Positions 14,760 to 25,800 of a stretch of DNA of 30,779 nucleotides are shown piece after piece. Made by a program: the position numbers and the translations under genes. This DNA is from Abditibacteriaceae bacterium. GTDB taxonomy: Bacteria; Armatimonadota; Abditibacteriia; Abditibacteriales; Abditibacteriaceae. Numbering within the stretch: position 1 is the first letter of the stretch; each line of letters begins with the position of its first letter. The notes beneath the pieces were generated by a model. The model did no database searches, was not told the DNA's origin, and saw only the letters and a list, made by a program, of their open reading frames with translations. The stretch lies in assembly GCA_031425655.1 (NCBI GenBank), contig JANPJS010000301.1, positions 1 to 30,779 on the forward strand, read 5' to 3'.

Positions 14760-17700
14760 TCACTTCGCGCTCGCCGCCGTAACCGCCAAAAGCACCGGCA
14801 CGCCGCGTTTATCGGCGCCGTATTGCACGTCGAGGCTTTTGATTTCCACATCAGGGCGCGGATTGTTCCACTGCTTGCTGTAAGCGACGGCTGTGAAATC
14901 CGTCCCTTCCCATTTTTTCGTCCACGCGATTTGCGCACCGGGAATCGCTTTCGGTTCGCGCTGTTTGTAATCCTCCACGTCAATTTCGGCGTAAATCGGC
15001 ACGGTTTCCTGTTTGCCGTCGGCGTAATGGACGACGTAGCGCGCCATCTCGAACTTGCGATTCTTTTTGCGGTCGTCGTCGTTCATGCGCGCATCCAAAC
15101 GCGCGGTGTGCAGGAAGAACAGCGCGTCGGCTTTGGAGTTAATCGGGATGTTTTTCACTTCCTGCGGCGGGTTGTTCGGCACACCGTTGCCGCCCAACAT
15201 GATGACGTTCGGCACCGGCGAAGTCGGGAATTCGTAAACGCTGTAATCCACGCCGAAGAAGTTTTGCTTGCCGCGCGGCAGGCCGTTAAAGGTGAAATTC
15301 GCATCGCCAAACCAGCCTTTTTCGTTGACGTATTGCGTGGCCTGAACGTGAAAATCAATCGGCGTGTAACGCAAAGCAGAGCCGGCAAAAATGGACTTGC
15401 CGCTGGCAAAAGGCGCTTTCAAATTCCGCAAAATCGTCGAGAAAATCGTGCGCTTTTTCGTGGCGTTCAAGGGCACGGTTTCGCTGTCTTTGAATGCCAG
15501 ATTCGCTAACACGAAGCCACCCGGCCCGCGCGGATATTCCATCAAACCGCCGATATTGAGCAGAGGCTTGACGTTTTCATAAAACTCCTGCGAACGCTGC
15601 GCCTTGAGGTAAAAGTTGTCAATGCCGATGATCCCGCGCTTGTCGGGCAGGTTTTGCCATTCGAGAATTTGCAGCGTGATGTCTTTACCCGCGCGCGGCG
15701 GATTGACGGCGAAAGTTTGTGGTTCGGCATTGGGTGCCACATCATAAGCGACTTTTTCCTTGCCGTCGAAGACCAAACCGACTTTGGTTTGCGGATTATA
15801 AAGCGTGTTGCCGACCCACGTTAATTCCTTAATCGTCTGCGCTTTGGGCAAACTGAAAGCGATTTCCGCCGGGCCGGTTTTGGGGCCGTCGAAGTTGTTA
15901 ATCAGCTTCCAACCGTCGGCCTGAAAGAAGTTGTTGACCGCGTTCTCGAACAAGAAATTGCTCGATTTCCCGAAAGGCGCCACGTCTTCGTAATCCACGA
16001 TATGCGAGAAAATATCGCTGGCCACATATTCATCGGCTGTCCAACCGAAAATGCGCTCGCCCGACAGCATCACGATGTCGCCCAATCCCAGACCTGCCGT
16101 TAAAGGATGCTTCACAGCCGGAAATGTCACGCGTTCACGGCGCATCGGGCGAATCATGTGTTCGAAACCGACGATTTTGTTGTAATCGGCCAAACCTTCG
16201 GGCGTTAATCCGTTGAAAACGAGGTAACCACCGCGCGTGTTAAAAGCTTGAACTTGCGCCAATTTATCGGCCAGCGTTTTCAAATTCGCAGGCGTTGCCG
16301 AGACAATCACCAGCTTGATTTTCGGGTCGCTGATAGCCGCCAGCAGGTTGTCGGCTTTGGCATATTGCACGCCGGTCGCATCCAAAACCTTGAGCAGTTG
16401 CGCGTCGCCAAAAGCCGCGACGGGACGAAACTCCTGCTTATAAGCCGCGCCGTAAGCCAGCAAATTCGCTAATAATTGACGCGCCACGACATTCGTGCCC
16501 AATTTTTCGCCAATGGTAAGCTGCGAAAGCAAAATCAGGCCTTTGTCAACCGGCACTTCGGCCAAAGCCGAATTTTGCAAGCGCACACCGGCTTGCACGA
16601 GGGATTTCGCGCCGCGCGCCGGCTTGAGATAAACGTCGCGGTAAACGCGTCCATCCGGCCCCCATGTGAAGAAATCGCGCTGCTGCAAGCCGCGCATAAC
16701 CGGATGGCCGAGGTCTTCGATAAACGCCGTTTTGCCCTGCGCCGCGGGCAAATTTTCACCGAGCGGCTCCATTTCGGCGGGCAGACCCTGATATTTCAGC
16801 GGATTTTTCTGTTCCAATACGATAACCGTGCGCCCTGTCGAGGCGTAAGCCGCCAACCGGCTCGACGTGCTCTCGGCCACGCTCAAAGCGTCCGGCCCGA
16901 TGAGCAGAACTTTGGCCGTAGCAGGCAAATTTTCCAGTGAATTGAGAGCAGAAAACGCCACGCCTTTTTGCTTCAGAAACGCCGCCACGCTGCCCGCCGG
17001 ATCGTAAACCGCGAGTTTTTGCGCGCCCAATGCCGGCGAAACCTGCGCGTGACTGCGCGTTTCGATTTTCATAGCGCGCGGCTTTTTGGCTGCTGCGGGC
17101 TTGGCGGCAGGCGCTTTCAGCGGTTCGGGCAGGATCGCAACACGTTTGGCGTCGCGGAAAATGTCCTTACCGCCGACTTCCAATTTTAAAACCAACTGCC
17201 CGTCGGTGCGCTCCGTGACGAGGGGCATCGGCACGATTTCGTCGAACTTTTCGTTGGTTCCGGGCGCGACTTTATGCACGCTTTTCTTCGTCCACGCCAC
17301 TCGATTATCCACGAGTAGCGTGCGCGTGAAGGTCAATGGTTCGTCATATTGCGTGTCGTTGAACAAGCCGAAAGTGCGCTTGACTTGCTGCCCGGCGGCG
17401 AATGTCCAATCCCATTGGCGCACAAAAGCCGCCCGCCACGGATTCGCGCCGTATTGGTTTTGCGCATTTTCTTCGCCGATCCAGAAATGCCACGCCGCGT
17501 AATGGCCGCCCCAGCGGTAACCTTCCTGCAACATCCGATAAATCACGCCCGCCGCCGGTTTCGCGGCGGTTTTGCTGAGAAACGCGCCTTCGCCGCCCCA
17601 CATCGCGTAATCGGCGGGGTTGATGCCGGTCGCAAAATAATCTTCGCCTAAAAAGCGCGGGCGCTGCTCGTCCCATTTCCAGCGGCCTCGCCCGCCGCCT

Positions 17701-19961
17701 TCGGGAAACGCTTCGTAGGCCAAATCGGGATAGCGCGTGTCGGCCTGGTTGAAAACGTAATGGTCGCCGTGCGTCGGCAAAGTGTTGAATTTGGTGGCGC
17801 CGCCCCCGTCAATCATGACGCTGCGCGTCGGGTCAACGGCCATCACAGCATCGGAGACTTTGGCGATTTCGCGTTCGTAAGCATCCATATTCGGGCTGTT
17901 GCCGAGCAGGTTGATGAGGTTGATGTAAGCGAACTCGTTTTCAATCGTCCAAATTTGAATCGAAGGATGATTACGCTCACCTTTGACTTGCGCCACCGAT
18001 TGATCGAGCCAGTTTCGCATCAAGTCCATCTTGATTTCCGAACCGCCGTTGCGTTTGCGCGCCTCCAAATCGTCTTCGATGAATTTGTAACCGATCACTT
18101 CGCCGTCAACGGTCGTGTTGCGGCGCACAGTTACGCCGCCTTTATCGAAGAAATCCAACGTTTCGTGAACTTCCAAGCCGTTCCAGAAGTGCGCGTTTTG
18201 CCCGGCTTGCCCGGCGGTGATAAAGCGCGTGGTGCGCTGCATTTTGCGATTGTAATCGGCCAACCAGTCGGCTGGAGTGTTGCCACGCGTGCCGATTTCG
18301 GCCCACAAATGCCACGTCACGCCGTTGAGCGTGTATTTTTTCTTGTCGGCGCTGACTCCCCATTCGCGGAAGCCAAATCTTGTGTCGCGCACGTCAACCG
18401 CTTTGCCGCCGATGCTGACAATCGTTCGCAAATCGTATAAATGCGGCGTGTCCGGCCACCACAGTTGCGGATTGGGCCACGCATCGGCCATCGTCAGCGT
18501 TTGCTCTTGCCCCGCCGCGACATTGAACGGCTTGGCGGCGAAAGTTTTTTCGACCGCGCCGCTTTGAATGTTAAGCGCCTGCCATTGAATTTCGCCCGTC
18601 GCATTTTGCGCCGAAGGATTATTCAGCGTGATTTCGGCGACCATTTGTTTTTTGGCGACCGATGGCTTGACAAAGACATCAGAAGCGTAAGCCGGGCCGC
18701 CCGCCGCGACAAATTCAGGCGTGTTCAGCATCCCCGATTGCGAACAATTCCAGACCGGATAATCGAAATCCATGAAGCCTTTATTGAACCATTCGACCGG
18801 ATATTTGAACTGCCCGCGCAGCTTGTGCGGGCGGGCTGGATCGGCGGCGAAACCGTAATAGGCGTCTTTAATTCCAACCCAAACTTCGTTCACGCCGGGC
18901 TTGACGCCCTTCGTTACGTCAATGCTGAACGAGGCGAACGGGTTCTTGTTAAAGCCACAATAGGTGCCGTTGACGTAAACCGTCGTAACCAGATTATTGA
19001 GAGGAAAATAAAGGAAAAACGAGCGCCCGTTTTGGCTCGTTGGGACGTTGACTTTGGTGCGATACCACAAGCGATGCGCGAAAATCAAATCGGGACGCAG
19101 CGTGTTTTTATCGCCCGGAACCGCGATGGCTTTCCAATGCGGTTGGGCGGGAAAATCCTGCATCGGCGCCGCGACTTCGCCCGGTTTGTTGTCGTCGTGA
19201 CGCGCCACTTCCCACAAGCCTTTGAGCTTTACACTCGCGCGTGCGCCGGCCATTTTCGGCTCCGGCAGAGCGAAAACCTGCTTAGTCGCTTCCTCGTCGC
19301 GTGCGTCGCGGGAATTCTCACCCGGTTTCCACTTGCCGTTCGGCTGAAACTTGCCCGGATAAGCGAAAATCACATCTGAAGCGTAATGAATGTTGTTCCA
19401 TTCGCCTTTTGCGTTTTTGCCTTTGGGCAAGCGAATTTCCAGCTTATGCGCGCCTGCATTAAGCGGCATTTCGCCCAATTTCAGCCAGCCGATGTCGTTC
19501 CACATCGAAAGTTCGGTCAAGTCCAACGTCGGCACATCGGGCGCGATGCTTGTCCACTCGCCGCCGTCCAAACGCCAATCGAAGGCGGTGCGCGAGGCTT
19601 CGTAACCGATGCGATTCCACAATTCGTGCGGCCCGGCTTTGGCGATATTGAGATCGTAAGCTAAAACGACGCCGCCTTCGGGCGCGTCTTTTTCGATTTT
19701 GTCTTTCTCGATGCTCAAATGCAACCATTTGCCGCCCGAAACCAGTTCGGCGCGGCCCGTGCCTTCCACTTTGGGCGCGATATTCAACGCAGCCGTATTT
19801 TCGGCTTCAATCCACGCCCAATCTTGCGCGTGCGCCGCGCCGCCCAGCGATAAAATGGCCGCACAAACCAGAGCTTTCAAGCTCGCTCGAATTGTTGTTG
19901 CGCGGGGTTGCTGCGCTGCCGCCGCGTGAAGATCATCACCAAATCTGAGTTGTCTTTTCAT
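14760..19961 (-). CDS. Large multidomain secreted GH2-like glycoside hydrolase (about 1733 aa)
   Basis: Signal ending AAHA-Q, N-terminal WIEAE beta-sandwich, and GH2 motifs LWYRTKV, LWWPDTPHLY, FGFRE, RNHPSIQIWTIENE (acid/base) and RPRFLGEDY, followed by extra C-terminal domains. GAGAGG lies upstream of ATG 19961. Confidence 0.88.
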   Translation of the reverse strand: MKRQLRFGDDLHAAAAQQPRATTIRASLKALVCAAILSLGGAAHAQDWAWIEAENTAALNIAPKVEGTGRAELVSGGKWLHLSIEKDKIEKDAPEGGVVLAYDLNIAKAGPHELWNRIGYEASRTAFDWRLDGGEWTSIAPDVPTLDLTELSMWNDIGWLKLGEMPLNAGAHKLEIRLPKGKNAKGEWNNIHYASDVIFAYPGKFQPNGKWKPGENSRDARDEEATKQVFALPEPKMAGARASVKLKGLWEVARHDDNKPGEVAAPMQDFPAQPHWKAIAVPGDKNTLRPDLIFAHRLWYRTKVNVPTSQNGRSFFLYFPLNNLVTTVYVNGTYCGFNKNPFASFSIDVTKGVKPGVNEVWVGIKDAYYGFAADPARPHKLRGQFKYPVEWFNKGFMDFDYPVWNCSQSGMLNTPEFVAAGGPAYASDVFVKPSVAKKQMVAEITLNNPSAQNATGEIQWQALNIQSGAVEKTFAAKPFNVAAGQEQTLTMADAWPNPQLWWPDTPHLYDLRTIVSIGGKAVDVRDTRFGFREWGVSADKKKYTLNGVTWHLWAEIGTRGNTPADWLADYNRKMQRTTRFITAGQAGQNAHFWNGLEVHETLDFFDKGGVTVRRNTTVDGEVIGYKFIEDDLEARKRNGGSEIKMDLMRNWLDQSVAQVKGERNHPSIQIWTIENEFAYINLINLLGNSPNMDAYEREIAKVSDAVMAVDPTRSVMIDGGGATKFNTLPTHGDHYVFNQADTRYPDLAYEAFPEGGGRGRWKWDEQRPRFLGEDYFATGINPADYAMWGGEGAFLSKTAAKPAAGVIYRMLQEGYRWGGHYAAWHFWIGEENAQNQYGANPWRAAFVRQWDWTFAAGQQVKRTFGLFNDTQYDEPLTFTRTLLVDNRVAWTKKSVHKVAPGTNEKFDEIVPMPLVTERTDGQLVLKLEVGGKDIFRDAKRVAILPEPLKAPAAKPAAAKKPRAMKIETRSHAQVSPALGAQKLAVYDPAGSVAAFLKQKGVAFSALNSLENLPATAKVLLIGPDALSVAESTSSRLAAYASTGRTVIVLEQKNPLKYQGLPAEMEPLGENLPAAQGKTAFIEDLGHPVMRGLQQRDFFTWGPDGRVYRDVYLKPARGAKSLVQAGVRLQNSALAEVPVDKGLILLSQLTIGEKLGTNVVARQLLANLLAYGAAYKQEFRPVAAFGDAQLLKVLDATGVQYAKADNLLAAISDPKIKLVIVSATPANLKTLADKLAQVQAFNTRGGYLVFNGLTPEGLADYNKIVGFEHMIRPMRRERVTFPAVKHPLTAGLGLGDIVMLSGERIFGWTADEYVASDIFSHIVDYEDVAPFGKSSNFLFENAVNNFFQADGWKLINNFDGPKTGPAEIAFSLPKAQTIKELTWVGNTLYNPQTKVGLVFDGKEKVAYDVAPNAEPQTFAVNPPRAGKDITLQILEWQNLPDKRGIIGIDNFYLKAQRSQEFYENVKPLLNIGGLMEYPRGPGGFVLANLAFKDSETVPLNATKKRTIFSTILRNLKAPFASGKSIFAGSALRYTPIDFHVQATQYVNEKGWFGDANFTFNGLPRGKQNFFGVDYSVYEFPTSPVPNVIMLGGNGVPNNPPQEVKNIPINSKADALFFLHTARLDARMNDDDRKKNRKFEMARYVVHYADGKQETVPIYAEIDVEDYKQREPKAIPGAQIAWTKKWEGTDFTAVAYSKQWNNPRPDVEIKSLDVQYGADKRGVPVLLAVTAASAK

Positions 19962-20055
19962 CAAAAATTTCCTCTCACTAACCTTATTATGATGCCTTCC
20001 GCCGCACGATGCGCTTAGGCAAAACAACGCATATTGTGAAAGGTCTGAACGAGCT

Positions 20056-22200
20056 ATGATTCACTCACATCGCGCGATTCGCGCGCTAAAGCCGCTTAAA
20101 CGATTGCTCTTTTTGCTTGCTATGACACCAATTTCTCTTCGCGCGCAGGAAGCGAAGCCATTTTCAGCGCCCAAAAGCCTCGGAGACCCGGCCAAGCTTG
20201 GTCTGGGCATTCAGCGCACCATGACATTGCTGGCAACCAGCACGCCGGAGCGCCGCAACACGGTGCGGATTCTCTTTTACGGGCAATCTATTACCGAACA
20301 AAGCTGGTCGCAGGAAGTTGCCGCCGACTTGAAACGCCGCTTTCCCAACGCTAATTTGGTCATCGAAAATCGCGCTTTAGGTGGCTTTTCTTCGCAGCGT
20401 TTAGTCAAAACGGCGGAAACCGATTTGTATTCGTTTTACCCGGATTTAATGATATTTCACGTCTTCGGCGCGCATAACGATTACGAGGATATTATTCGCC
20501 GCGCACGCGAACGCACCACAACCGAAGTGCTGATTCAAACCGATCACGTCACGCAGGACACAGACCTGAGCGAAGAAACCGACCCGGCGAATATTCGGCC
20601 CGACGGCAAAATGTGGAATTCGTTTATGAATTACGCGCATCTGCCGACCGTCGCGCGAAAATATGGCTGCGGCATCATGGATCAGCGCAGTTTGTGGAAG
20701 CAATATCTGCGCGATTACAACTTGCACGCGCCGCAGTTGCTAAAAGACGGCGTGCATCTCAATGATTGGGGCAATTATTTGATGGCCGAGTTCACCAAAG
20801 CATATCTCGTGCGCCGCGCCGATGCGCCGCTTGACCCGATGAATTGCGATACAGTTCGCACTTTTGTGGTCGGCAAAGACATTCAATGGGAAAATGGCAA
20901 ACTGTCGCTACCTTTTGAAGGTAATCGTGTGGACGTTATCGCGGGCGATGGCGGGGCCGCGCCCGCCGCGATTTCAATTGACGGTCAAAAGCCGTCGGCC
21001 ATGCCCGAACTTTACGGCTTCACGCGCGCTTTAGCGACACCCGGCGGAAAATGGCCGGTGATTCTCAAAATGAGTTCGCAAAAGCCGCTGCAATTAGAAG
21101 AATGGACGATGCAAGTCGCCAAAGACCCGGCGGATGCAAAGCAATTTACTTTCGCGCTGAGCGGCTCGAAAACCGGGCCGGACGGCGACGGGCGCTCCGA
21201 TCAGCCTTTTATTTCCAATTCGGGCCGCGTCGTCATTGACCCGAAAGATTGGGATGTGGAATACGCTTTAGCCTTGCCCGGCATCAAGCCCATCCCCGAT
21301 AAATTTGTCGTGAAATGGCAAGTCGTGCCGCATTTTGTGGACACATTCGTTGCGCCGCAAGCGCAGGATAAGACTATCGAAAACGTCGTCACTTTGGCGC
21401 AAGGTCTGAAATCCGGCAAACACACGCTCGAAATCGGCGGCGCGACGAATATCGCAGCCATTCGCGTTTACAAACCGCCTTTTGCAACCGCCGAAAACGC
21501 CGTTGTGACAGCAAAAGCCAACGCAGCGGCGCCGATTCGTATTTTGCCTTTGGGCGATTCCATCACGCAGGGCGGACGCGCCGACCGCGCCGAATATACC
21601 TACCGTTATCCGCTGTATTTCCGTTTGAAAGAGGCTGGCTACAATGTGGATTTTATCGGCTCGCTCAATAAAGGCTTGAACAGCGATGCGGTTTGGCCGG
21701 ATAAAAAGGGCGTGGCCTTTGATCTTGATCACGAAGGGCATTACGGCTGGAAAACCGCTGCGGTGCGCGATAAGTTAGACGAATGGATGAAAGCGTATTC
21801 CGCGCCGCCCGACATCGCGCTGATTCACTTGGGAACCAACGATCAGGGCGCCGATGATTTTCAAACCGCGATTATTCAGCCGTTGCAGGACATGATTGCC
21901 ATGCTGCGCGCCAAGAATCCGCGCGTGGCGGTTTTAGTCGGGCATTTGAATTTCAACGGCGGCGCGGCGCTGAAAATTCGTCCTCTCGTCGAGCAAATGG
22001 CGAAAGATTTAGACAGCGCCGAATCGCCGATTATCACGGTCAATCACTTTGAAGGCTGGCACGAAAAGCCGGACGAAGCCGGCTCCGATACTTTCGACTG
22101 GGCGCATCCCAATCCGCAAGGCCAAAACAAAATGGCCGAGAAATGGTTCGCCGCGATGAAGCCTTATCTCGACCGCCTCAAAGCCGAGCGGGAGAAATAG
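20056..22200 (+). CDS. Secreted protein with two SGNH hydrolase domains
   Basis: Domain 1: ILFYGQSIT, NRALGG, DGVHLN. Domain 2: ILPLGDSITQG, HEGHYGW, HLGTND, DWAHPN. Confidence 0.9.
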   Translation: MIHSHRAIRALKPLKRLLFLLAMTPISLRAQEAKPFSAPKSLGDPAKLGLGIQRTMTLLATSTPERRNTVRILFYGQSITEQSWSQEVAADLKRRFPNANLVIENRALGGFSSQRLVKTAETDLYSFYPDLMIFHVFGAHNDYEDIIRRARERTTTEVLIQTDHVTQDTDLSEETDPANIRPDGKMWNSFMNYAHLPTVARKYGCGIMDQRSLWKQYLRDYNLHAPQLLKDGVHLNDWGNYLMAEFTKAYLVRRADAPLDPMNCDTVRTFVVGKDIQWENGKLSLPFEGNRVDVIAGDGGAAPAAISIDGQKPSAMPELYGFTRALATPGGKWPVILKMSSQKPLQLEEWTMQVAKDPADAKQFTFALSGSKTGPDGDGRSDQPFISNSGRVVIDPKDWDVEYALALPGIKPIPDKFVVKWQVVPHFVDTFVAPQAQDKTIENVVTLAQGLKSGKHTLEIGGATNIAAIRVYKPPFATAENAVVTAKANAAAPIRILPLGDSITQGGRADRAEYTYRYPLYFRLKEAGYNVDFIGSLNKGLNSDAVWPDKKGVAFDLDHEGHYGWKTAAVRDKLDEWMKAYSAPPDIALIHLGTNDQGADDFQTAIIQPLQDMIAMLRAKNPRVAVLVGHLNFNGGAALKIRPLVEQMAKDLDSAESPIITVNHFEGWHEKPDEAGSDTFDWAHPNPQGQNKMAEKWFAAMKPYLDRLKAEREK

Positions 22201-22226
22201 AACCCCAAATAGGCTCCGGCAGTGAT

Positions 22227-22799
22227 TCACGGACGCGAGAACATTTGCGTCACCCATAACTGAGCGTTTTCGTAGATAAGGCCAACACCAACGTGTGTCG
22301 GTTCGGCATCCAAGATATTGGCGCGATGACCGGGCGAGTGCATCAAGCCGTCGTGCGAGCGTTCTACGTCTTGAACGGTTGCGCGCAACGGTTTATTAAG
22401 CTGCTGGCGGATCATCTTTTCCACCAAATCAGCAGTTGCGCCCCAACCGCGACACGTTCGATAAGAGATATTTTCAGCAAGATAACGCGGCTCTTGTCCA
22501 TAAGCCAAGCGATAGCGGTCGGAGATGGTGCGTAACGCCGGCGTGGGAGATTCGTGTTCAAAGTAACCCATGTAGCGCATTTCGCTTGAGTGCGCGCGGG
22601 CGACCGCTGCCAACAGCGGGTCTTTTACGAGCAGAGGCAGGTCGAGTAACCGCCGTTCGTCGTTGATGCGCCCCACCATATACGCTTCGAGTTGCAAAAG
22701 CTCCTTATCCTGTTGAGGAAAGCGAGAGCCGGGAGCAGGTTTATAATTGGGAAGTCGTGAGCCGGGCGGCGGCTTGAAAGGTTCGGATACATCGGACAT
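22227..22799 (-). CDS. CAP (SCP/PR-1) domain protein
   Basis: Motifs INDERR, VARAHSSEM...YFEHES, AENI, LMHSPGHRANIL, VGVG and TQMF, with an N-terminal duplicated KP(P/A)PGSR. Confidence 0.9.
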   Translation of the reverse strand: MSDVSEPFKPPPGSRLPNYKPAPGSRFPQQDKELLQLEAYMVGRINDERRLLDLPLLVKDPLLAAVARAHSSEMRYMGYFEHESPTPALRTISDRYRLAYGQEPRYLAENISYRTCRGWGATADLVEKMIRQQLNKPLRATVQDVERSHDGLMHSPGHRANILDAEPTHVGVGLIYENAQLWVTQMFSRP

Positions 22800-22889
22800 T
22801 GGACGAAGTGAAACCGAAACCCGTGGGAGCCGCAACGATAACCGCGATGCGTAAACGAAGCAATCGCCTCATTTACGCATCGCAGACGA

Positions 22890-25800
22890 TTACGCCTTCT
22901 TCACGACCAGCGCGACGGGTTTGCTTTCACCCCGGTTGTCCGGCGTGTAGTATTCGTAGACCGCCGATTTGGGCGACTTGGCTTTAAGCGGAAATTTCGC
23001 TTTCAGACGATAGGAAAAGCTTAGTGGTTTGGCGGTTTCGACACGATCAATGTAGAGAATCGCTTGCCGTCCGGTCAGGCTGAACTTCGAGATTTTCTTG
23101 CTGCCGACTAACTCCGCTAAATCGTCGGACTGCACCTCGAAGCCGGGCGGCAGGCCCAAGTCAACGATGACGTTAGTCGCGGCCATCGGCTGGCGGTTAG
23201 TTACTTTCACGCGGCAGGTTACAATGTCGCCGGTGAGCAGTTCGGTGCGGTCGTAGGCCACGTCTACGTCCAACGGTTTGGCGTCGGCGGGTTCCTTTTC
23301 GTCGTGCCACGGCACGAAATGCTTGCCGCTGATGGCATAAAGCGCGCTGCCTTTGCCGGCCCACTTGATTTCGATTTCGTTGGCGCCGGGCTGCATTTTG
23401 TCGCGCAGCTCGATTTGGCGCATCACGTCGGAATCTTTGGGCGTGATGACGAAAGCGCCGGCCTGTTCGCCGTTGATTTTCACGATCACTTCGCCGTTGG
23501 CTTCGCCCGCCGCTTTGTCCATCGCGGCCAAAAGTGCACGCAGACTCCAAACGGTCGCCTGCGTGCTGCCCCAGGTGCCTTGCGGGTCTTTGTGCTGCAC
23601 TAAATACGTGAGAACTTTGTTGACAAGCGACGAATAACGGCCCGAACGCATCAGAGCATAAACCGCTAAAGCCGTCGTTTCCAAATCGGCGGAATTGCCC
23701 TTTGCGCCGGTCGAAGTCGGCGCTTTGCTGTTCCAATGAGCGGTGCGCGCGTCTTCGGTTTTCTGTGCCACGAGCTTTTCCAAAGCGCGGGCTGCCATCT
23801 CGGAATTTTTGTCCGCTGCGACCAACGCGTTAGCTATAACGGCTAAGGCATAAGAGTCGTTTTCGCCGCCCATTTTCGCGCCGACGTAAGCTGCGCCTCG
23901 CTGAACCTGCGCGCCCGCAAAGCCGGTTTCGGCTAACGCCCACAAAACGTAAGCCGTCACGCGCAAGGCATCGCTTTGGCGATTGATAATGCCTTCGGCG
24001 ATGCCGCCTTCGTCGTGCATCCACGAGCCGTCGGCTTTTTGCTTGCTCGCCAGCCATTGCTGCGTGCGCGCGATAATATTCGGGTCAACCGAATGCACGC
24101 GGCTCATGTCGTTGAACATGATAATGCCGTAGGCCGTGAGAACTTGGTGCGCCGGAGCCTCGCCGAACCACGAAAAACCGCCGCCTTTGACTTCGTAAGT
24201 TAAAGCGCGCTGATAGCCGGCGTTGATGTAGCTTTCGGCCTTCATTTGCAATTCGGGCTTGATTTGCTTGGTCTTTTTCAGGTAATCCATCACCAAAATG
24301 TTGGGATAAGCAACCGAAGCGTTTTGCTCAAAGCAGCCGTAAGGCATTTGCAGCATTTTATCCAGCCCGTCTACCATTTGGCTGAAGGCGCCGGGATAAA
24401 TCCGCACCAGAATGTTGCTGCCGCCGGGAACGGCGTTGGGCGGAATCGTGATGGTTTTGGCGATGTCGCCTTCGAGCCGGTCGTTGACGGTCTGCCAGAT
24501 TTCCTTGCCGTCGGGTCGCACTTCAATCACGCGCTGAATCGCATCCGATAATTTGGTGCCGCGCGCCGTGACCGTCAGTTTGTGGTTGCCGATTTTCTTC
24601 GCGGCAATGCGAAAACGCGCCACTCCGACCTGATTTGGCTGCATTTCAACAGTCTTTTCAGCGTCGTCGCTGACGACTTCAAACCATTGTTCGTCAGTTT
24701 CGAGCTTGAGGCGCACTGTCTGCTTTTCGGGTAGATAATTGTAAACCGCGACGGGGATTTCAATTTCGTCGTTTTGCGTGAGGCTGACCGGCAAATCGAG
24801 GTCAACAAAGAAGTCTTGAAACACGCGCAGCGGCGCCGTCGTGCTGCCCAGCGCGCCTTTGGCCGACGAACCCATCGTAGTTAAACGCCAAGTTGTAATC
24901 GAGTCGGCCATATCCAGTTCGATGCTGGCGCGGCCACGCTCGTCGGTGAGCAGATTCGCGTTGACAAAGAGCGTTTCGGGGAAAAATTGGCGCACGCGCA
25001 CCGGCTCGGCGGCGGGCGCGGCGGGAGACGCAGATGATTCCGAGGCCGCTAATTTGAGTTCGTTTCTGGCAAGAGCGCCGTTGGCGGCGCGCATCGCAGG
25101 CGCGGGCATAGCCATCGGCGGCGCCATCCCTAATGCGTCTGCGGCTCCCAACGCGAAAACAGCGCCACCGGCACCGGGCGCGCCCATCGCGCCGCGCATT
25201 TCGTTATCTTCGTCGAACTCGTCAAACTCCGCGCCGCCGCGTTTGCGCCGTGTGAAGCGACCCGCAGTCCGCGTCGCGCCACCGCCCAACCAGCCGGCCA
25301 TGAAAATATCGTCGGACGTGCCGATCTTCTTGTCCGGGCCGCCACTAATCAGCACGAAGCCGTTGTTGAAATCTTTGTAGCGCGGCAGCAGTTTGTAAGG
25401 CGTGCCCAGTGGGTCGCGCGTCGCGTCGGTTTTAATTAGTTGCTCGTCGAGCAAGGCTTGAATCGCCGCGTCTTGCGCCGGGAATTTACCTTTTTTCTGC
25501 TGATATTTCTGCAACGCGACGCCGAAAATTTGCGCGTCTTTTCCGACGCGCTCCTGCCATTTTTGCGCGACGTTTTGCCACTTCTGATCGTAGGAATTCC
25601 AGTTGATGCCGAATTCGGAAAGCGGCTGCGCGGCGGCGAAAAGCACGCGCGCCACGCGCTGTTTATCGGCGTTCAAACGCGGCGTGTCGTCAATCGGCAC
25701 CACGCCGTCCAAATCGAAGCCGTGAACTTCGATTTTCGGCTCAAGAAGCTCTTTTTCAAGCGTGAAATAGACTTTTTCCATGCCCGGCTGCATTTCCTGA

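Noticed and set aside
14535..19929. Multiple plus-strand ORFs (up to 324 aa) overlapping the GH2-like gene
   Set aside because: Antisense shadows with no motifs. The same applies to those opposite the A2M and CSLREA genes.
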